A DNA stretch of 64,000 nt from Dehalococcoidia bacterium (GCA_034423015.1 DAOUJG010000015.1:12104-76103); one strand, 5' to 3'; shown: positions 34,708 to 44,296, counted from the stretch's first letter. Notes: a model not told the origin generated them from the sequence alone. Numbers and translations: made by a program.

Positions 34708-35628
34708 TCACTGGTACCGTATTCGGGGGTCCAAGTAGGCGTACAGGACGTCTACCGTCAGGTTGGCCGCGATATATATGGCTGAGAACATGATGACCAC
34801 GGTCTGGAGGACCTGATAGTCCCTGGAGCGAACCGCATCCACCGCAAGCAGTCCTACGCCGGGCCAGGTGAACACCGTTTCTATAGCCACCGACCCGGCC
34901 ATCAAGGTGCCAAGAATGATGCCGAAGTAGGTGAGAGGTGCGATGGCGGCGTTCCGCAGGCAGTGCTTCCAGACCACCTTCCACTCTGCCACGCCTTTAA
35001 TGCGAGCCAGCTTTACGTACTCGCTGTCCAACACGTCCAGCATGGCGGACCGAATCAGCCGCATAAAGGCGGCCACCTGGAACCAGCCCATGGCGACGGC
35101 CGGCAGGATATATGTCTTCCAGCCCCCCCGGCCGGATGTTGGAAGCCACTCCAATTCCACTGCGAAAAGCCATATCAAGACTATTCCCATCCAGAAGGCA
35201 GGCACCGACTGTCCGATCAGCGCGACGATCTTCCCAACGTAGTCAAAGGGAGTATCTTTGCGTACCGATGAAATCACTCCCAACGGGATTGCCACAAACA
35301 GTCCCATGGCCAGAGCGAGGAGCGCCAACTCCGCCGTCGCGGGGAATCTGTCTGCAATCAAGCTGCCCGCAGTGTAGCCCTGCCATTTCCATGACTCGCC
35401 GAAGTCTCCCTTGAAGGCGTTGCCGATATACTTGCCGTACTGAACCACCAGGGGCTTGTCCAGACCCCACGCGGCGTTAACCCTATCGAACTCTTCCAGG
35501 GTGGCCTCAGGAGGCAGCAAGGCACTGGCAGGGTCGCCTACCACGCGGCCCACCATGAAGATGATGATGCTCACGGCGAAGATGGAGAGGATGGACTGAA
35601 AGATGCGAAGCAGTATGTATCGTTGCAT
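34708..35628 (-). CDS. ABC transporter permease (DppB/OppB-like), locus 2
   Basis: MQRYILLRIFQSILSIFAVSIIIFMVGR, SEYVKLARIKGVAEWKVVWKHCLRNAAIAPLT. Confidence 0.9.
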   Translation of the reverse strand: MQRYILLRIFQSILSIFAVSIIIFMVGRVVGDPASALLPPEATLEEFDRVNAAWGLDKPLVVQYGKYIGNAFKGDFGESWKWQGYTAGSLIADRFPATAELALLALAMGLFVAIPLGVISSVRKDTPFDYVGKIVALIGQSVPAFWMGIVLIWLFAVELEWLPTSGRGGWKTYILPAVAMGWFQVAAFMRLIRSAMLDVLDSEYVKLARIKGVAEWKVVWKHCLRNAAIAPLTYFGIILGTLMAGSVAIETVFTWPGVGLLAVDAVRSRDYQVLQTVVIMFSAIYIAANLTVDVLYAYLDPRIRYQ

Positions 35629-35637
35629 GAAACGGAC

Positions 35638-36063
35638 CTACGTATCCCGAACGCTCATTATCACGCACTCGTCCAGCTCCAGGCTCTCCCTGTTGGCCCA
35701 CCGCACCTTGCCCTGCAACGTGACCACTTGTCCGGTGTTCAACTCGGCAAGCCCTTCAACCTTATCCGGAATGAAGTAGCAGTCGGCGGCTGTACCTTCC
35801 ACGTGTTGTACCGACACCAGGGGGACGCCCTCGCTCTCGCCAGTCCGGCGAACAGCCCCCTCCACGATGACCACCACATCCCGCCATTTGGCATTGGCCT
35901 TGATGCGGTCTGCCTGGAACTCCGTGTAGATCTCTGGGATGGATGCTTCCAGTGGACCCGCGGGCACTACGTCCACCTCATCGTCCTGCCCACCGCAGGC
36001 AGCCAGGCACAAAGCAAAGCAGGACAGCATCACCAAAAACAGCTTAATAATCACTTGAGGCAC
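35638..36063 (-). CDS. Small lipoprotein with an OB-fold-like (tRNA_anti-like / PF12869-type) domain
   Basis: Lipobox LCLAAC. Then IYTEFQADRIKANAKWRDVVVIVEGAV...VSVQHV...DCYF...LAELNTGQVVTLQGKV follows the pattern (Y..N...A...Y.gk.v.v.G.V ... c.f ... l..G..v.v.G) I associate with that family. Confidence 0.55.
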   Translation of the reverse strand: MPQVIIKLFLVMLSCFALCLAACGGQDDEVDVVPAGPLEASIPEIYTEFQADRIKANAKWRDVVVIVEGAVRRTGESEGVPLVSVQHVEGTAADCYFIPDKVEGLAELNTGQVVTLQGKVRWANRESLELDECVIMSVRDT

Positions 36064-36183
36064 TCAGTATCCGTCTCCGCTAGACGAGCTTCCGGGTATA
36101 CCAGGAGGATGCCCCCAAAAGGGGGGGCATCCTCCTGTACACATTCTGCATCTGCCTGGGATAAACCCAGCGCTCGGGGGCCG

Positions 36184-37950
36184 CTAGTTTGCCGCTTTGA
36201 TGTACTCGAAGTGGTCGAAGCCAGCGTCCACGTTGCCGGGCCAGACGTATTCAGCAATCACATTCGGGTCAACCACCGCCTGGCCAGGCAGCCAGAACAA
36301 GGGCACCTCGCTGAAGTTGTCGAACTTCCAGTCGCCCAGCTGCCTCAACAGATCGCCCTGCGACTCTTTGGTATCGGCAATGAATGCCTGGTCCCAAATG
36401 GCCTGCTGCTCGACGGGGAACTCCCAAGCCGTGGCGCTGCCCGTGGGCGGCCTGGCGTTGTACCAGCGGGTCACGACCATGGGGGTGGTGAAGCTGGTGC
36501 GCCGGAAGTGGAGGGTACCATGAGTCTCCCGGGCCACATATGCTTCTCTGTGGCGGGCCACTTCGATCTCCTCGATGGTGGCGTCGATACCGATTTCCCG
36601 GAGGTAGTTGAATATGGCCTCGGTTATGGCCGTGGTCTCGGGGAAGCCGGGGAATTGCATGAGCCACAGCTTGAACTCGAAGCCTTCGCCGTACCCGGCG
36701 TCCTCCAACAGCTGCATAGCCTGGTCAGGGTCATACCCGTACTTGTCGTCGAACTCGTCCTGCCACCGCGAGCTCCAGCCAGGCAACTGCTCGTGATATG
36801 CCTGGACATACAGCGGCTCACCCACTCCCTTGAACACTTCGCGATGGATGGCATCCCGGTCGAGGGCCTTGTTGATGGCCTGTCTGACCAAGACGTTGGA
36901 TGACGGCATGTTGGCGTCGAACTCCGGAGTATCCTCGCCGTATCCGCCACCGAATATGCCGAAGGCCTGGGTCACCGGGTTGACGGTGCTCCACACCTTG
37001 TACCCCTGGGACACGGCTTCGGGATGGAGGTCCCGGGGTATTTCGGTCATGGCAACTTCACCGCCCAAGAGCATGGACAGCCGTGTCGCGTGCTCGGGAA
37101 CCAGCAGGATCTCAAACTCTTCGAACTCGGGAGTCTGGCGCCAGTGGTCTTCTACGCGCTCCCAGAGCAGCCAGACGCCCAACTGACGGTCCACCAAATG
37201 GTAGGACCCGGTGCCGGCGGGGTTGGCTTCGCTGCCCTCGATGCCTTGGGCGTCCCACTGGGCCTTGGCATGCATGAGGAAGTTGCCATACTGAGAACTG
37301 GCCGTCAGATCCAGGTCCACGTCGGGCGTTACGGGTGTCAGCTTGATCATGTGGTCGTCGATGATCTCGACGTTGTTCATGACCTCGCCTTCGGTGGCGC
37401 CGAACTTGGCCCTGAACGATGGCCCGTCGGTGGAGAGGTTCGACTCAGAGTTTCGAGCGATGACGTGGGCCACGTCGGCCGCTACGAAGTCACCCCAATC
37501 GTCCGCGTTGGGCCCGGTCTTGTGGTATGGGACACCCTCTCTCAGGGTGAACTCCCACTCCTGGGGATTGATCATGCGCCACTCGGTGGCCAGGTTGGGG
37601 ACCAGCTCAGTGGTCTCGTTGTGGACGTCGATGAGGGGCTCCATGTGGGTCCTGACCACAAGGTTGGAACCCCAGCTGCCGCCGCGCCACGGAAGGACGA
37701 TCTCGATCCAGGGCGCCTGGGTGGCGAAGCGCAGCCTCTTCGTCTCGGACGTCATCATCGGCGGCTCAGTCGCCTCGGGCATGGCCGTTGGGACCGCCGT
37801 AGCCTCGGGCATGGCCGTCGGGACCGCCGTAGCGGGCGCGACGGTCGGGGCCTCGGTGGCGTCTTCGCCACAGGCCGCCGCGACTAGCACGATTAGCAAG
37901 AATGGAGCAAAGACCCACAGCGCGGGTCTCCTAACCCAGGTATGGACCAC
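36184..37950 (-). CDS. ABC transporter substrate-binding lipoprotein, family 5, locus 2
   Basis: Family-5 SBP core. The start is placed at the GTG (VVHTWVRRPALWVFAPFLLIVLVAAAC), which has a GGAGG RBS 7 nt upstream. An N-terminal Ala/Thr/Pro-rich linker contains the duplicated segment AVPTAMPEAT. Confidence 0.85.
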   Translation of the reverse strand: MVHTWVRRPALWVFAPFLLIVLVAAACGEDATEAPTVAPATAVPTAMPEATAVPTAMPEATEPPMMTSETKRLRFATQAPWIEIVLPWRGGSWGSNLVVRTHMEPLIDVHNETTELVPNLATEWRMINPQEWEFTLREGVPYHKTGPNADDWGDFVAADVAHVIARNSESNLSTDGPSFRAKFGATEGEVMNNVEIIDDHMIKLTPVTPDVDLDLTASSQYGNFLMHAKAQWDAQGIEGSEANPAGTGSYHLVDRQLGVWLLWERVEDHWRQTPEFEEFEILLVPEHATRLSMLLGGEVAMTEIPRDLHPEAVSQGYKVWSTVNPVTQAFGIFGGGYGEDTPEFDANMPSSNVLVRQAINKALDRDAIHREVFKGVGEPLYVQAYHEQLPGWSSRWQDEFDDKYGYDPDQAMQLLEDAGYGEGFEFKLWLMQFPGFPETTAITEAIFNYLREIGIDATIEEIEVARHREAYVARETHGTLHFRRTSFTTPMVVTRWYNARPPTGSATAWEFPVEQQAIWDQAFIADTKESQGDLLRQLGDWKFDNFSEVPLFWLPGQAVVDPNVIAEYVWPGNVDAGFDHFEYIKAAN

Positions 37951-38147
37951 GGTCACACCTCCTACCTTTCTCCTTTGGGGCGGCTCGGGGGCCCGACGTG
38001 GCCGGGAACCCCTGCCGTGGGACAGGTCTGTCCGAGGGGCGTTCGTCAAGCTCCCCCGAATTTCGGGAGTCAGGCTAGCAGATTACCACAAGGCTTGTCA
38101 ATAGCGATAACCACTGCTCGCAAGAGGCCCCGTAACCGCCCAAACCC

Positions 38148-38176
38148 TTGACACAATAGACTGCGCCGCCTATACT
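38148..38176 (+). promoter_or_regulatory. Near-consensus sigma70 promoter (TTGACA - 17 nt - TATACT) for the DUF1800-NHL pair
   Basis: TTGACA at 38148-38153 and TATACT at 38171-38176, about 95 nt upstream of the ATG at 38270. Confidence 0.55.
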
Positions 38177-38269
38177 CTCCTACGTGAAAATGGCGTGTGC
38201 AACCGTAGCGACGCCGGGGTTTTTCTAGGGAACTGTCAAATCACCACTGACAGGAGGATTCTTTCATAA

Positions 38270-39676
38270 ATGCCTGACGCAAACATTCCCCTCATGGCAC
38301 ATCTGATGCGGCGCGCGGGGTTCGGAGCGACCCGCGACGAGTTGGAGCGTTACGCAGCGAAGGGGTACGAGGCGACGGTGGAGGAGCTGCTTCATCCCGA
38401 GAACGCCCCCCCCGCCCTGGATGACCTGGACCTGCTGGGCCGATACCATGCGGGTATCTACAGCCTGATGCTGCTGCCCAGCGCCCAGACCTACTATATA
38501 CATAGGATGGTCCACACCCGCCGGCCCCTGGAGGAGAAGCTGGGCCTCTTCTGGCACGGCGTGTTCGCCACCGGCTACACCAAGCTCAACCAGCCCAAGC
38601 AGATACTGAAGCAGATTGACATGTTCCGGCGCCACGGGTTGGGCAGCTTCCGGGACCTGCTGATCAATCTGGCCAAGGACCCGGCGATGATCTTCTGGCT
38701 GGACAACAAGGACAACCATCGCTACGAGCCCAACGAGAACTGGGGACGGGAGCTGCTGGAGCTGTTCTCCATGGGGGTGGGCAACTACACCGAGCAGGAC
38801 GTGTTCGAGGCGTCCCGGGCCTTCACCGGCTGGACCATGCGGAACGCGAACCTGCACACAGCCAGGGTGGCCCAGGACTCGGTGGAGCCCTACGCCCGCC
38901 TGGACTGGCAGTTCGAGTACGTAGAGGACGACCACGACGACACCGACAAGACCTTCCTGGGCCACACCGGGAACTTCAACGGCGACGACATCGTGGACAT
39001 CGTCTGCCGCCAGGAGGCCACGGCCCGGTTCCTCGCCCGGCACCTGTACAACTTCTTCGTGGCCGACGAGCCGCAGGTCCCCGCCTGGGAGACGGTGCCC
39101 CCGCGCGACCCCCAGGCGATCCAGACGCTGATGGACGAGTACTTCCGCAGCAACTACGACATCCGCAGCATCCTGCGAGTGCTGTTCAACTCGGACTTCT
39201 TCAAAGAGGCGGCCTTCCGGAAGATCAAGAGCCCCGCGGAGCTGGTGGCGGGAACCGTCCGGATGGCGGGCAGCAACCCCATCCCCCAGGTGGACGACGT
39301 GGCCCTGGCCGGCGCAACAGGAGACATGGGCCAGGAGCTGCTGGACCCGCCCAGCGTCGAGGGATGGCACACGGGCGTCGAGTGGCTCAACACGGGAAGC
39401 CTGGTCAGCCGCATCAACTTCGCGTCCAAGCAGTTCGCCGACGTGGAGAAGCCCGGAGTGCGTGCCATCATCGAGCGCATCAGGGCCGGCAACCCGTCGT
39501 CTCCCGAGGAGCTGGTGGAGCTGTGCCTGGACCACATGGGGCCCGTGGTCGTCAACGACGAGACCAGGGGGCAGATGATCGAGCAGGCCGGCGCCCCCGG
39601 CCCGCTGGACTCCACCGAGAAGATCGTCAGCCTCTTTCAGCTGATCGTCGCGGCCCGCGAGTTCCAGCTCGCCTAA
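38270..39676 (+). CDS. DUF1800 family protein, copy 2
   Basis: It carries the same motif set as 1332..2756 (LMAHLMRRAGFGAT, NENWGRELLELFSMGVGNYTEQDV, DPPSVEGWHTG), with roughly 55-60% identity by eye. Confidence 0.85.
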   Translation: MPDANIPLMAHLMRRAGFGATRDELERYAAKGYEATVEELLHPENAPPALDDLDLLGRYHAGIYSLMLLPSAQTYYIHRMVHTRRPLEEKLGLFWHGVFATGYTKLNQPKQILKQIDMFRRHGLGSFRDLLINLAKDPAMIFWLDNKDNHRYEPNENWGRELLELFSMGVGNYTEQDVFEASRAFTGWTMRNANLHTARVAQDSVEPYARLDWQFEYVEDDHDDTDKTFLGHTGNFNGDDIVDIVCRQEATARFLARHLYNFFVADEPQVPAWETVPPRDPQAIQTLMDEYFRSNYDIRSILRVLFNSDFFKEAAFRKIKSPAELVAGTVRMAGSNPIPQVDDVALAGATGDMGQELLDPPSVEGWHTGVEWLNTGSLVSRINFASKQFADVEKPGVRAIIERIRAGNPSSPEELVELCLDHMGPVVVNDETRGQMIEQAGAPGPLDSTEKIVSLFQLIVAAREFQLA

Positions 39677-39734
39677 GCCGGCTGTCGCCGCTGGCCCTGC
39701 CCAAGACTCCTATCCCGACAGGAGGGTATCCCTA

Positions 39735-40757
39735 ATGGTGGCCGTGAATACCATTCGATTCAGTCACACCGTCGGTTGCTACGCTCTGGGAGGCCCCGGG
39801 TTCCTGAACCCGGTGGGCCTGACCATCGGGCCGGACGGGGTGATATACGTCCTGAGCCGGGGGCACCTGGAGACGACCGAGAACCTCCGGCTAAAGCGCG
39901 TGACCCTTTGCAACGTCGAAGGGGACTACCTGGGAGAGTTCAGCACCGGCGGCACCGGAGACGGCGACCTGATGTGGCCCTCGTCCATCACCATGGACTC
40001 GGAGGAGCATATCTACGTCTCCGATGAGGCCCTGCAGAGGGTTTCCATATTCGACAAGAAGGGACAGTTCCTCTCCAAGTGGGGAAAGCAGGGGAGGGGC
40101 GACGGCGAGTTCGACAGGCCCGCCGGGTTGGTGGCTGACAAGGACGGCAACATACTGCTGGTGGACGGCCTCAACCACCGGGTGCAGAGATACACCAAGG
40201 ACGGCAGGTTCCTGGGCGGCTGGGGAAGCTACGGCACCGGGAACGGCGAGTTCAGCTTTCCCTGGGGAATCAACCTGGACAGCGCGGGGAACGTGTACGT
40301 GGTGGACTGGCGAAACGACCGCATTCAGAAGTTCGACGCAGACGGCAAGCACCTGGCGACCTTCGGCTCGTCGGGCTCGGGAGACGGGCAGCTCAACCGG
40401 CCCACCGGACTGGCGATCGGCGACGACGGGCACTTGTACGTGGCCGACAAGTCCAACGAGCGCCTGCAGGTGCTGGACGCCGACGGCAACTTCGTAGCCA
40501 AGTTCCGCGGGCAGGCGGGGTTCTCCAAGTGGGCGCAGGAGTGGTTCGACGTCTCCAACGAGGACCTGAAGGCCGAGTGGGACGCGGCCAACCTGGCCCC
40601 CGAGCTGGACCCGGCTCCCAACGACTTCCTGAGCTACGAGTCCGGCAGCAATATCTCCCTGTTCTGGGGACCGTCGGCTGTGCAGATCGACGCCAAGGGC
40701 AATATCCTGGTCCTGGAAACGGCCCGACACCGGATCCAGGTATACGTCAAGGACTGA
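39735..40757 (+). CDS. NHL-repeat beta-propeller protein, copy 2
   Basis: Repeats such as HIYVSDEALQRVSIFDKKGQFLSKWGKQGRGDGEF and NVYVVDWRNDRIQKFDADGKHLATFGSSGSGDGQL. GGAGGG RBS. Confidence 0.85.
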   Translation: MVAVNTIRFSHTVGCYALGGPGFLNPVGLTIGPDGVIYVLSRGHLETTENLRLKRVTLCNVEGDYLGEFSTGGTGDGDLMWPSSITMDSEEHIYVSDEALQRVSIFDKKGQFLSKWGKQGRGDGEFDRPAGLVADKDGNILLVDGLNHRVQRYTKDGRFLGGWGSYGTGNGEFSFPWGINLDSAGNVYVVDWRNDRIQKFDADGKHLATFGSSGSGDGQLNRPTGLAIGDDGHLYVADKSNERLQVLDADGNFVAKFRGQAGFSKWAQEWFDVSNEDLKAEWDAANLAPELDPAPNDFLSYESGSNISLFWGPSAVQIDAKGNILVLETARHRIQVYVKD

Positions 40758-40786
40758 CGGGCCGCCCCCGCCATTCGGAATCGTAG

Positions 40787-40817
40787 AGGGCCTCTCACGA
40801 GAGAGGCCCTTCTCTTT
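40787..40817. terminator. Hairpin terminator between convergent genes
   Basis: AGGGCCTCTC-acga-GAGAGGCCCT is followed by TCTCTTT. It lies between the NHL stop (40757) and the GlcG-like stop (40839). Confidence 0.65.
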
Positions 40818-40838
40818 GCCGGGGCGACCCGCTGCCCG

Positions 40839-41294
40839 CTACAGGCCCATCGCCCTCAACCCCACCAGGGCCATGTCGTGGTCCCCGGGCCCGTAGGGGT
40901 ATCCCGACACGCCGATGCCGCCCAGCACGGTGTTGTCAGCCGGGTTCCGGACGCAGACGCCGCCGGAGATCACGAAGAGCATCGGGTCTCCATACTCGGT
41001 CACGTTCCAGCCGTGCTCCTCGAGCCGGGCGGCGTAGTCCGTCTCGCCGGGCCTGGGCTGGCCGAACACCTTGGTGCTGGACCCGGTCATCACCGAGGTG
41101 TACGCCTTCTTGATGCAGTTGCGTCCCAGCAGGGGCCCCGCGCCGTCGGTGCTGGCGAAGGCCAGCAGGTGCCCGTTGTGGTCGACTATCGCCATGGTTA
41201 TCGCCGGGTTGCCGGCGTCCTTCTTCCATTCCCCGATCATGGCCGCGACGGCCGCCTGACACTCGTCCAAGCTCAACGCTTCCCTGGTGTACAT
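40839..41294 (-). CDS. GlcG/HbpS-like heme-binding protein (DUF336)
   Basis: 151 aa. MAIVDHNGHLLAFASTDGA...KAYTS and GG(V/I)..........GGIGVSG are characteristic. AGGAGG RBS. Confidence 0.8.
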   Translation of the reverse strand: MYTREALSLDECQAAVAAMIGEWKKDAGNPAITMAIVDHNGHLLAFASTDGAGPLLGRNCIKKAYTSVMTGSSTKVFGQPRPGETDYAARLEEHGWNVTEYGDPMLFVISGGVCVRNPADNTVLGGIGVSGYPYGPGDHDMALVGLRAMGL

Positions 41295-41388
41295 TCACTC
41301 ACCTCCTAATCTGGGCAGTCACCTCCTATCCGGGGGAGAGTGTAGCCCAATCGACGCCGATGTTGAAGCCTCCGGCGGGCCGGAAGAA

Positions 41389-42504
41389 TCAGTAGCTGGC
41401 GGCCGGAGGGCACCGGGAGAGCCAGTCGTCCCCGATGACCCGGCCCACCTGCCAGACCCAGTCCTCGTAGTGGTATCCCAGCCACCTCACGTACTGCAGC
41501 AGCTTGAGCCGGTCCGATGGAGGGAGAAGGTGGCACCACTGCTCCGAGGTTGGGATGAGGACCTGCCCGTCTGCGATAGCGTCGCCCTCCTCGGCGCCGT
41601 CGACCAGGGGGGCCAGCCAGCCGGGGATTGGGGGAAGCTCTCCGTTTTCGTGCTGGTACCGCTGGATCCAGTCGAGCTTGCTGGGGTCCACGGGCTCGGG
41701 CGTCGGCGTGTATGTCGGGGCCGGCGTCGGAGTCGGGGCCGGTGTGGGAGTGGGAGGCGGACCGACCGGCACGCCCCCGCCGGCGGCATCCAGCGCGGAG
41801 TCCAACCGGCCCTCCAGCACCTGGAGCCTGCCCTCGATCTGGCCCAGGGCCTCCAGGACCTCGTCCAAGGCCGGAGCGGGGTCTGGGGCCGCCCCCTGGG
41901 GAACCATGGGCGTGGGAGCGGGAGTGGCCACGGCGGTGGGAGCCGGGGTCGGGGTCCGCTCCCTGGTCGGAGCCGGAGTCGGACCTGCCGCCATCGAGAC
42001 TCCGGGGCCTCCTCCCATGGGATACATGGCGGGACCGCTGTCATCGCCGCCGAAGTCCGGTGGATACACCAAGGCCACCACGAGTCCGCCGGCCACCACC
42101 GCAACGACGCCGGCCACAAGGGCCATGCGACGGGACGGCCGGGGGGGCAGCAGCCGCTTGAGCAGCCGGAGGACGGCCCGGGGACCCGAGGCCAGGCTCC
42201 TCCCCAGGGAGTCCAGGGTGCCGGAGGGCAGTCTGGGGACTCGAAACCGGCGGGCCCGTCCCCTGGCCTTCCACCCCTCCGCCCTGTCATACTCGGCCCG
42301 TTTTTGGGGGTCGCACAGGACTTCGTAGGCCCTGGTGACCCGGTCCATCATTGAACCGTCCTCGGAAGCGCCCTCTTCCTCGAACATCCCCTCTCCCGAG
42401 GACTGGTACCTCACGACGAGCCTCCAGTAGGCTTCGTCGATGCTCTGGGCATCCGCGTCGGGCGCCACCTCCAGGATGCGGTACAGGTCTTCCCGTTCTT
42501 CCAT
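41389..42504 (-). CDS. Membrane-anchored J-like domain protein with Pro/Thr-rich linkers and a Trp-rich C-terminal domain
   Basis: EDLYRILEVAPDADAQSIDEAYWRLVVRY....RVTRAYEVLCDPQKRAEYD forms the J-domain helices II-IV, but no HPD motif is present. One TM segment (MALVAGVVAVVAGGLVVALVY). The start is placed at MEERED (42504), which has a GGAGGA RBS. Confidence 0.7.
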   Translation of the reverse strand: MEEREDLYRILEVAPDADAQSIDEAYWRLVVRYQSSGEGMFEEEGASEDGSMMDRVTRAYEVLCDPQKRAEYDRAEGWKARGRARRFRVPRLPSGTLDSLGRSLASGPRAVLRLLKRLLPPRPSRRMALVAGVVAVVAGGLVVALVYPPDFGGDDSGPAMYPMGGGPGVSMAAGPTPAPTRERTPTPAPTAVATPAPTPMVPQGAAPDPAPALDEVLEALGQIEGRLQVLEGRLDSALDAAGGGVPVGPPPTPTPAPTPTPAPTYTPTPEPVDPSKLDWIQRYQHENGELPPIPGWLAPLVDGAEEGDAIADGQVLIPTSEQWCHLLPPSDRLKLLQYVRWLGYHYEDWVWQVGRVIGDDWLSRCPPAASY

Positions 42505-42756
42505 GACTGGCCGGTCCTCCGAGGTTGGGGGGGAGTCCGCAACCCCTCTGCCAATGGTACTCCGCTCCCTGGGAGGCAGCCCAAGATCATCGGACACGGG
42601 GTTTGGCCAGTTTAGGCCGGAGAGCAGGATGCGTTGAGCGTCGCGGGTCCGACTGGAAGGGGGCCGGTGGAAGAGAGCTCCCGCAACACGGGACAAGTTG
42701 CCGGCGGCCCCATTCCTGCGGAGGGACGGGCTGCGGAGGGACGAACGAGGTGTCGC

Positions 42757-43416
42757 CTAGCCGGCGGTCTTCCGGGCGATCCTATCCTTGACGACGGCCT
42801 CGTAGTCAAACAGGACGGCCGACGCCACGGTGGCGACCAGGTCAGGGAGGTCCAGCTCGTCGAGCACGTGCTGCTTCAAGGAGAGCCACCGGTACTCCAG
42901 CTCCATCTGGGGCTCCACGAGACCGTCGGCCTCTATCTCTTCCCCCGCCCGGAAGTTCAGCTCACACGCCTGCAGGACCCTGGGGTCCCGGGGGTTCCAT
43001 AGGGGTATCCCATATTTGCGGGCGATGATGGGCCGGTGGGTGTAGATGGTGCACGCCTCATCCTTCAGCGCGGGGCAGGGGATGTGGTGACGGCCCGCCT
43101 TCACACTAACCGACGCGCGGACCCTGCGGCTGTGGGACTCGATGTCCTCATCCTCGTCTACTTCTACCCCGGTCAGCTCCGCCAGGTAGCCGCGGGCCTT
43201 GTCCATCATCTCCCGCCTGCCGGCGGGGTCCAGAGTCTTGACGGCCCTGGAGATGTACGCTGCCTCGATGAGGCTGATGTGGAATATCTGGCTGCAGCAG
43301 CTTCCGCACCCCTTGCGACACTGCATCCGGTCGCTGAATATCCTGCTGACGCGGTCGAACTCGGAGTCCACCTCCGCCAGCAGCTTCTCGTATTGCCGAT
43401 AGATGCTCTCCAGCAC
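42757..43416 (-). CDS. YkgJ-family cysteine-cluster (Zn/Fe-S) protein
   Basis: CRKGCGSCCSQ (C-x2-C-x2-CC) plus the later PCPAL..EACTIY motif. The start is placed at GTG 43416, which has an AGGAGGG RBS 9 nt upstream. ATG 43449 is an alternative. Confidence 0.7.
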   Translation of the reverse strand: MLESIYRQYEKLLAEVDSEFDRVSRIFSDRMQCRKGCGSCCSQIFHISLIEAAYISRAVKTLDPAGRREMMDKARGYLAELTGVEVDEDEDIESHSRRVRASVSVKAGRHHIPCPALKDEACTIYTHRPIIARKYGIPLWNPRDPRVLQACELNFRAGEEIEADGLVEPQMELEYRWLSLKQHVLDELDLPDLVATVASAVLFDYEAVVKDRIARKTAG

Positions 43417-43588
43417 CGGTCGCCACCCTCCTGGTTGGTCGTGACGCATGCTAGCACAGGGGTGGGGGCCGGTCAATTTGACACGGCGCCTCGCCACGGG
43501 TATCGTGTGGTCGCGCGCGTGCATCATATCGACCGCCGGCCGGTCAGCCTGGACCCCATCCCGGCCGGCGAGGTCATTGGAGGACGCC

Positions 43589-44275
43589 TTGATAACCGTG
43601 AACCCAAGCCCCGATACCCTGGATGAGGCCCTGGTGGAGGCCTACCGACACGTCGCCCCCACGAACCTGGGCCACGCGCTGGAGTCGGGCATGGGCCCGG
43701 AGATACGGCCCATCTGGCGTCCGGTCAAGCTGGTGGGCCCGGCCCTGACGGTCCAGACGACGCCCGACGTGACCGCCGCCATGGGCGAGGCCACGAAGGT
43801 CGCCCGACCCGGGGACGTGCTGGTGGTCAACAGGGCCGGCGACCTGCGCCACGGGTTCGTGGGTGAGTTCGCCTCCATAAGGCTCATAGAGGCCGGCATC
43901 ATCGGCCTGGTGACCGACGGGCTCGTGTCCGACGTGGTGGCCATCGAGAGGATGAAGTTCCCCGTCTTCGCCGCCGGGCTGTCCGCCACGGTGGTCCAGC
44001 CATTGGCCGCCGGAAGGGAGCCCGAGGGCGCGGTGAACGTACCCATCAGGGTAGGGGGCGTCATCGTGTCCCCGGGGGACCTGGTCATGGCCGATGACGA
44101 CGGCGTGCTCATCGCCACGCCGGAGCAGGCCCGGGAGTACCTCCTTTACTGTCAGGTGTTCGAGGAGTGGGAGACCTATGCCCGCAGCCAGCTGGCCGCC
44201 GGAAGGCTCCTGTCGGACGTCGCCAAGGAGCGCAAGGAGTTCGAGCGGCGCGCTTACGAGAAGGCCCGGACCTAG
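43589..44275 (+). CDS. RraA-family protein (RraA / 4-hydroxy-4-methyl-2-oxoglutarate aldolase-like)
   Basis: VKLVGPALTVQ...PGDVLVVN..G....GFVGEFASIRLIEAGIIGLVTDGLVSDV......FPVFA matches RraA. The start is TTG 43589 (GGAGG 5 nt upstream) or GTG 43598. Confidence 0.7.
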   Translation: MITVNPSPDTLDEALVEAYRHVAPTNLGHALESGMGPEIRPIWRPVKLVGPALTVQTTPDVTAAMGEATKVARPGDVLVVNRAGDLRHGFVGEFASIRLIEAGIIGLVTDGLVSDVVAIERMKFPVFAAGLSATVVQPLAAGREPEGAVNVPIRVGGVIVSPGDLVMADDDGVLIATPEQAREYLLYCQVFEEWETYARSQLAAGRLLSDVAKERKEFERRAYEKART

Positions 44276-44296
44276 CCTGTCCCGGAGGGGGGGACC

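Noticed and set aside
38192-38224. Possible attenuator or riboswitch in the ~95-nt leader of DUF1800 copy 2 (GGCGT...ACGCC followed by GGGGTTTTT), plus a CTGTCA-N9-TGACAG hairpin touching the RBS.
   Set aside because: The stems are only 5-6 bp with large loops. I cannot see an alternative antiterminator structure or a resemblance to a known riboswitch. This would need conservation data.
42505-42696. ORF-track N-terminal extensions of several genes. These are 42505..42696 for the J-like protein, 7109..7177 for TPP enzyme 2, 2757..2810 for DUF1800 copy 1, 33475..33591 for OppD-like 2, 37951..38049 for the locus-2 SBP, 50263..50307 for the Fe-S protein and 54436..54561 for the CPBP protease.
   Set aside because: In each case an internal start codon with a better-spaced GGAGG-type RBS coincides with the start of family homology or of the signal peptide. 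The extensions are Arg/Pro-rich or overlap the upstream gene.
42716-42743. Short tandem direct repeat ctgcggagggacg(g) x2 between the YkgJ-like stop and the J-like gene.
   Set aside because: There are only two copies of 13-14 nt in GC-rich DNA, with no associated structure. This is likely chance or slippage.
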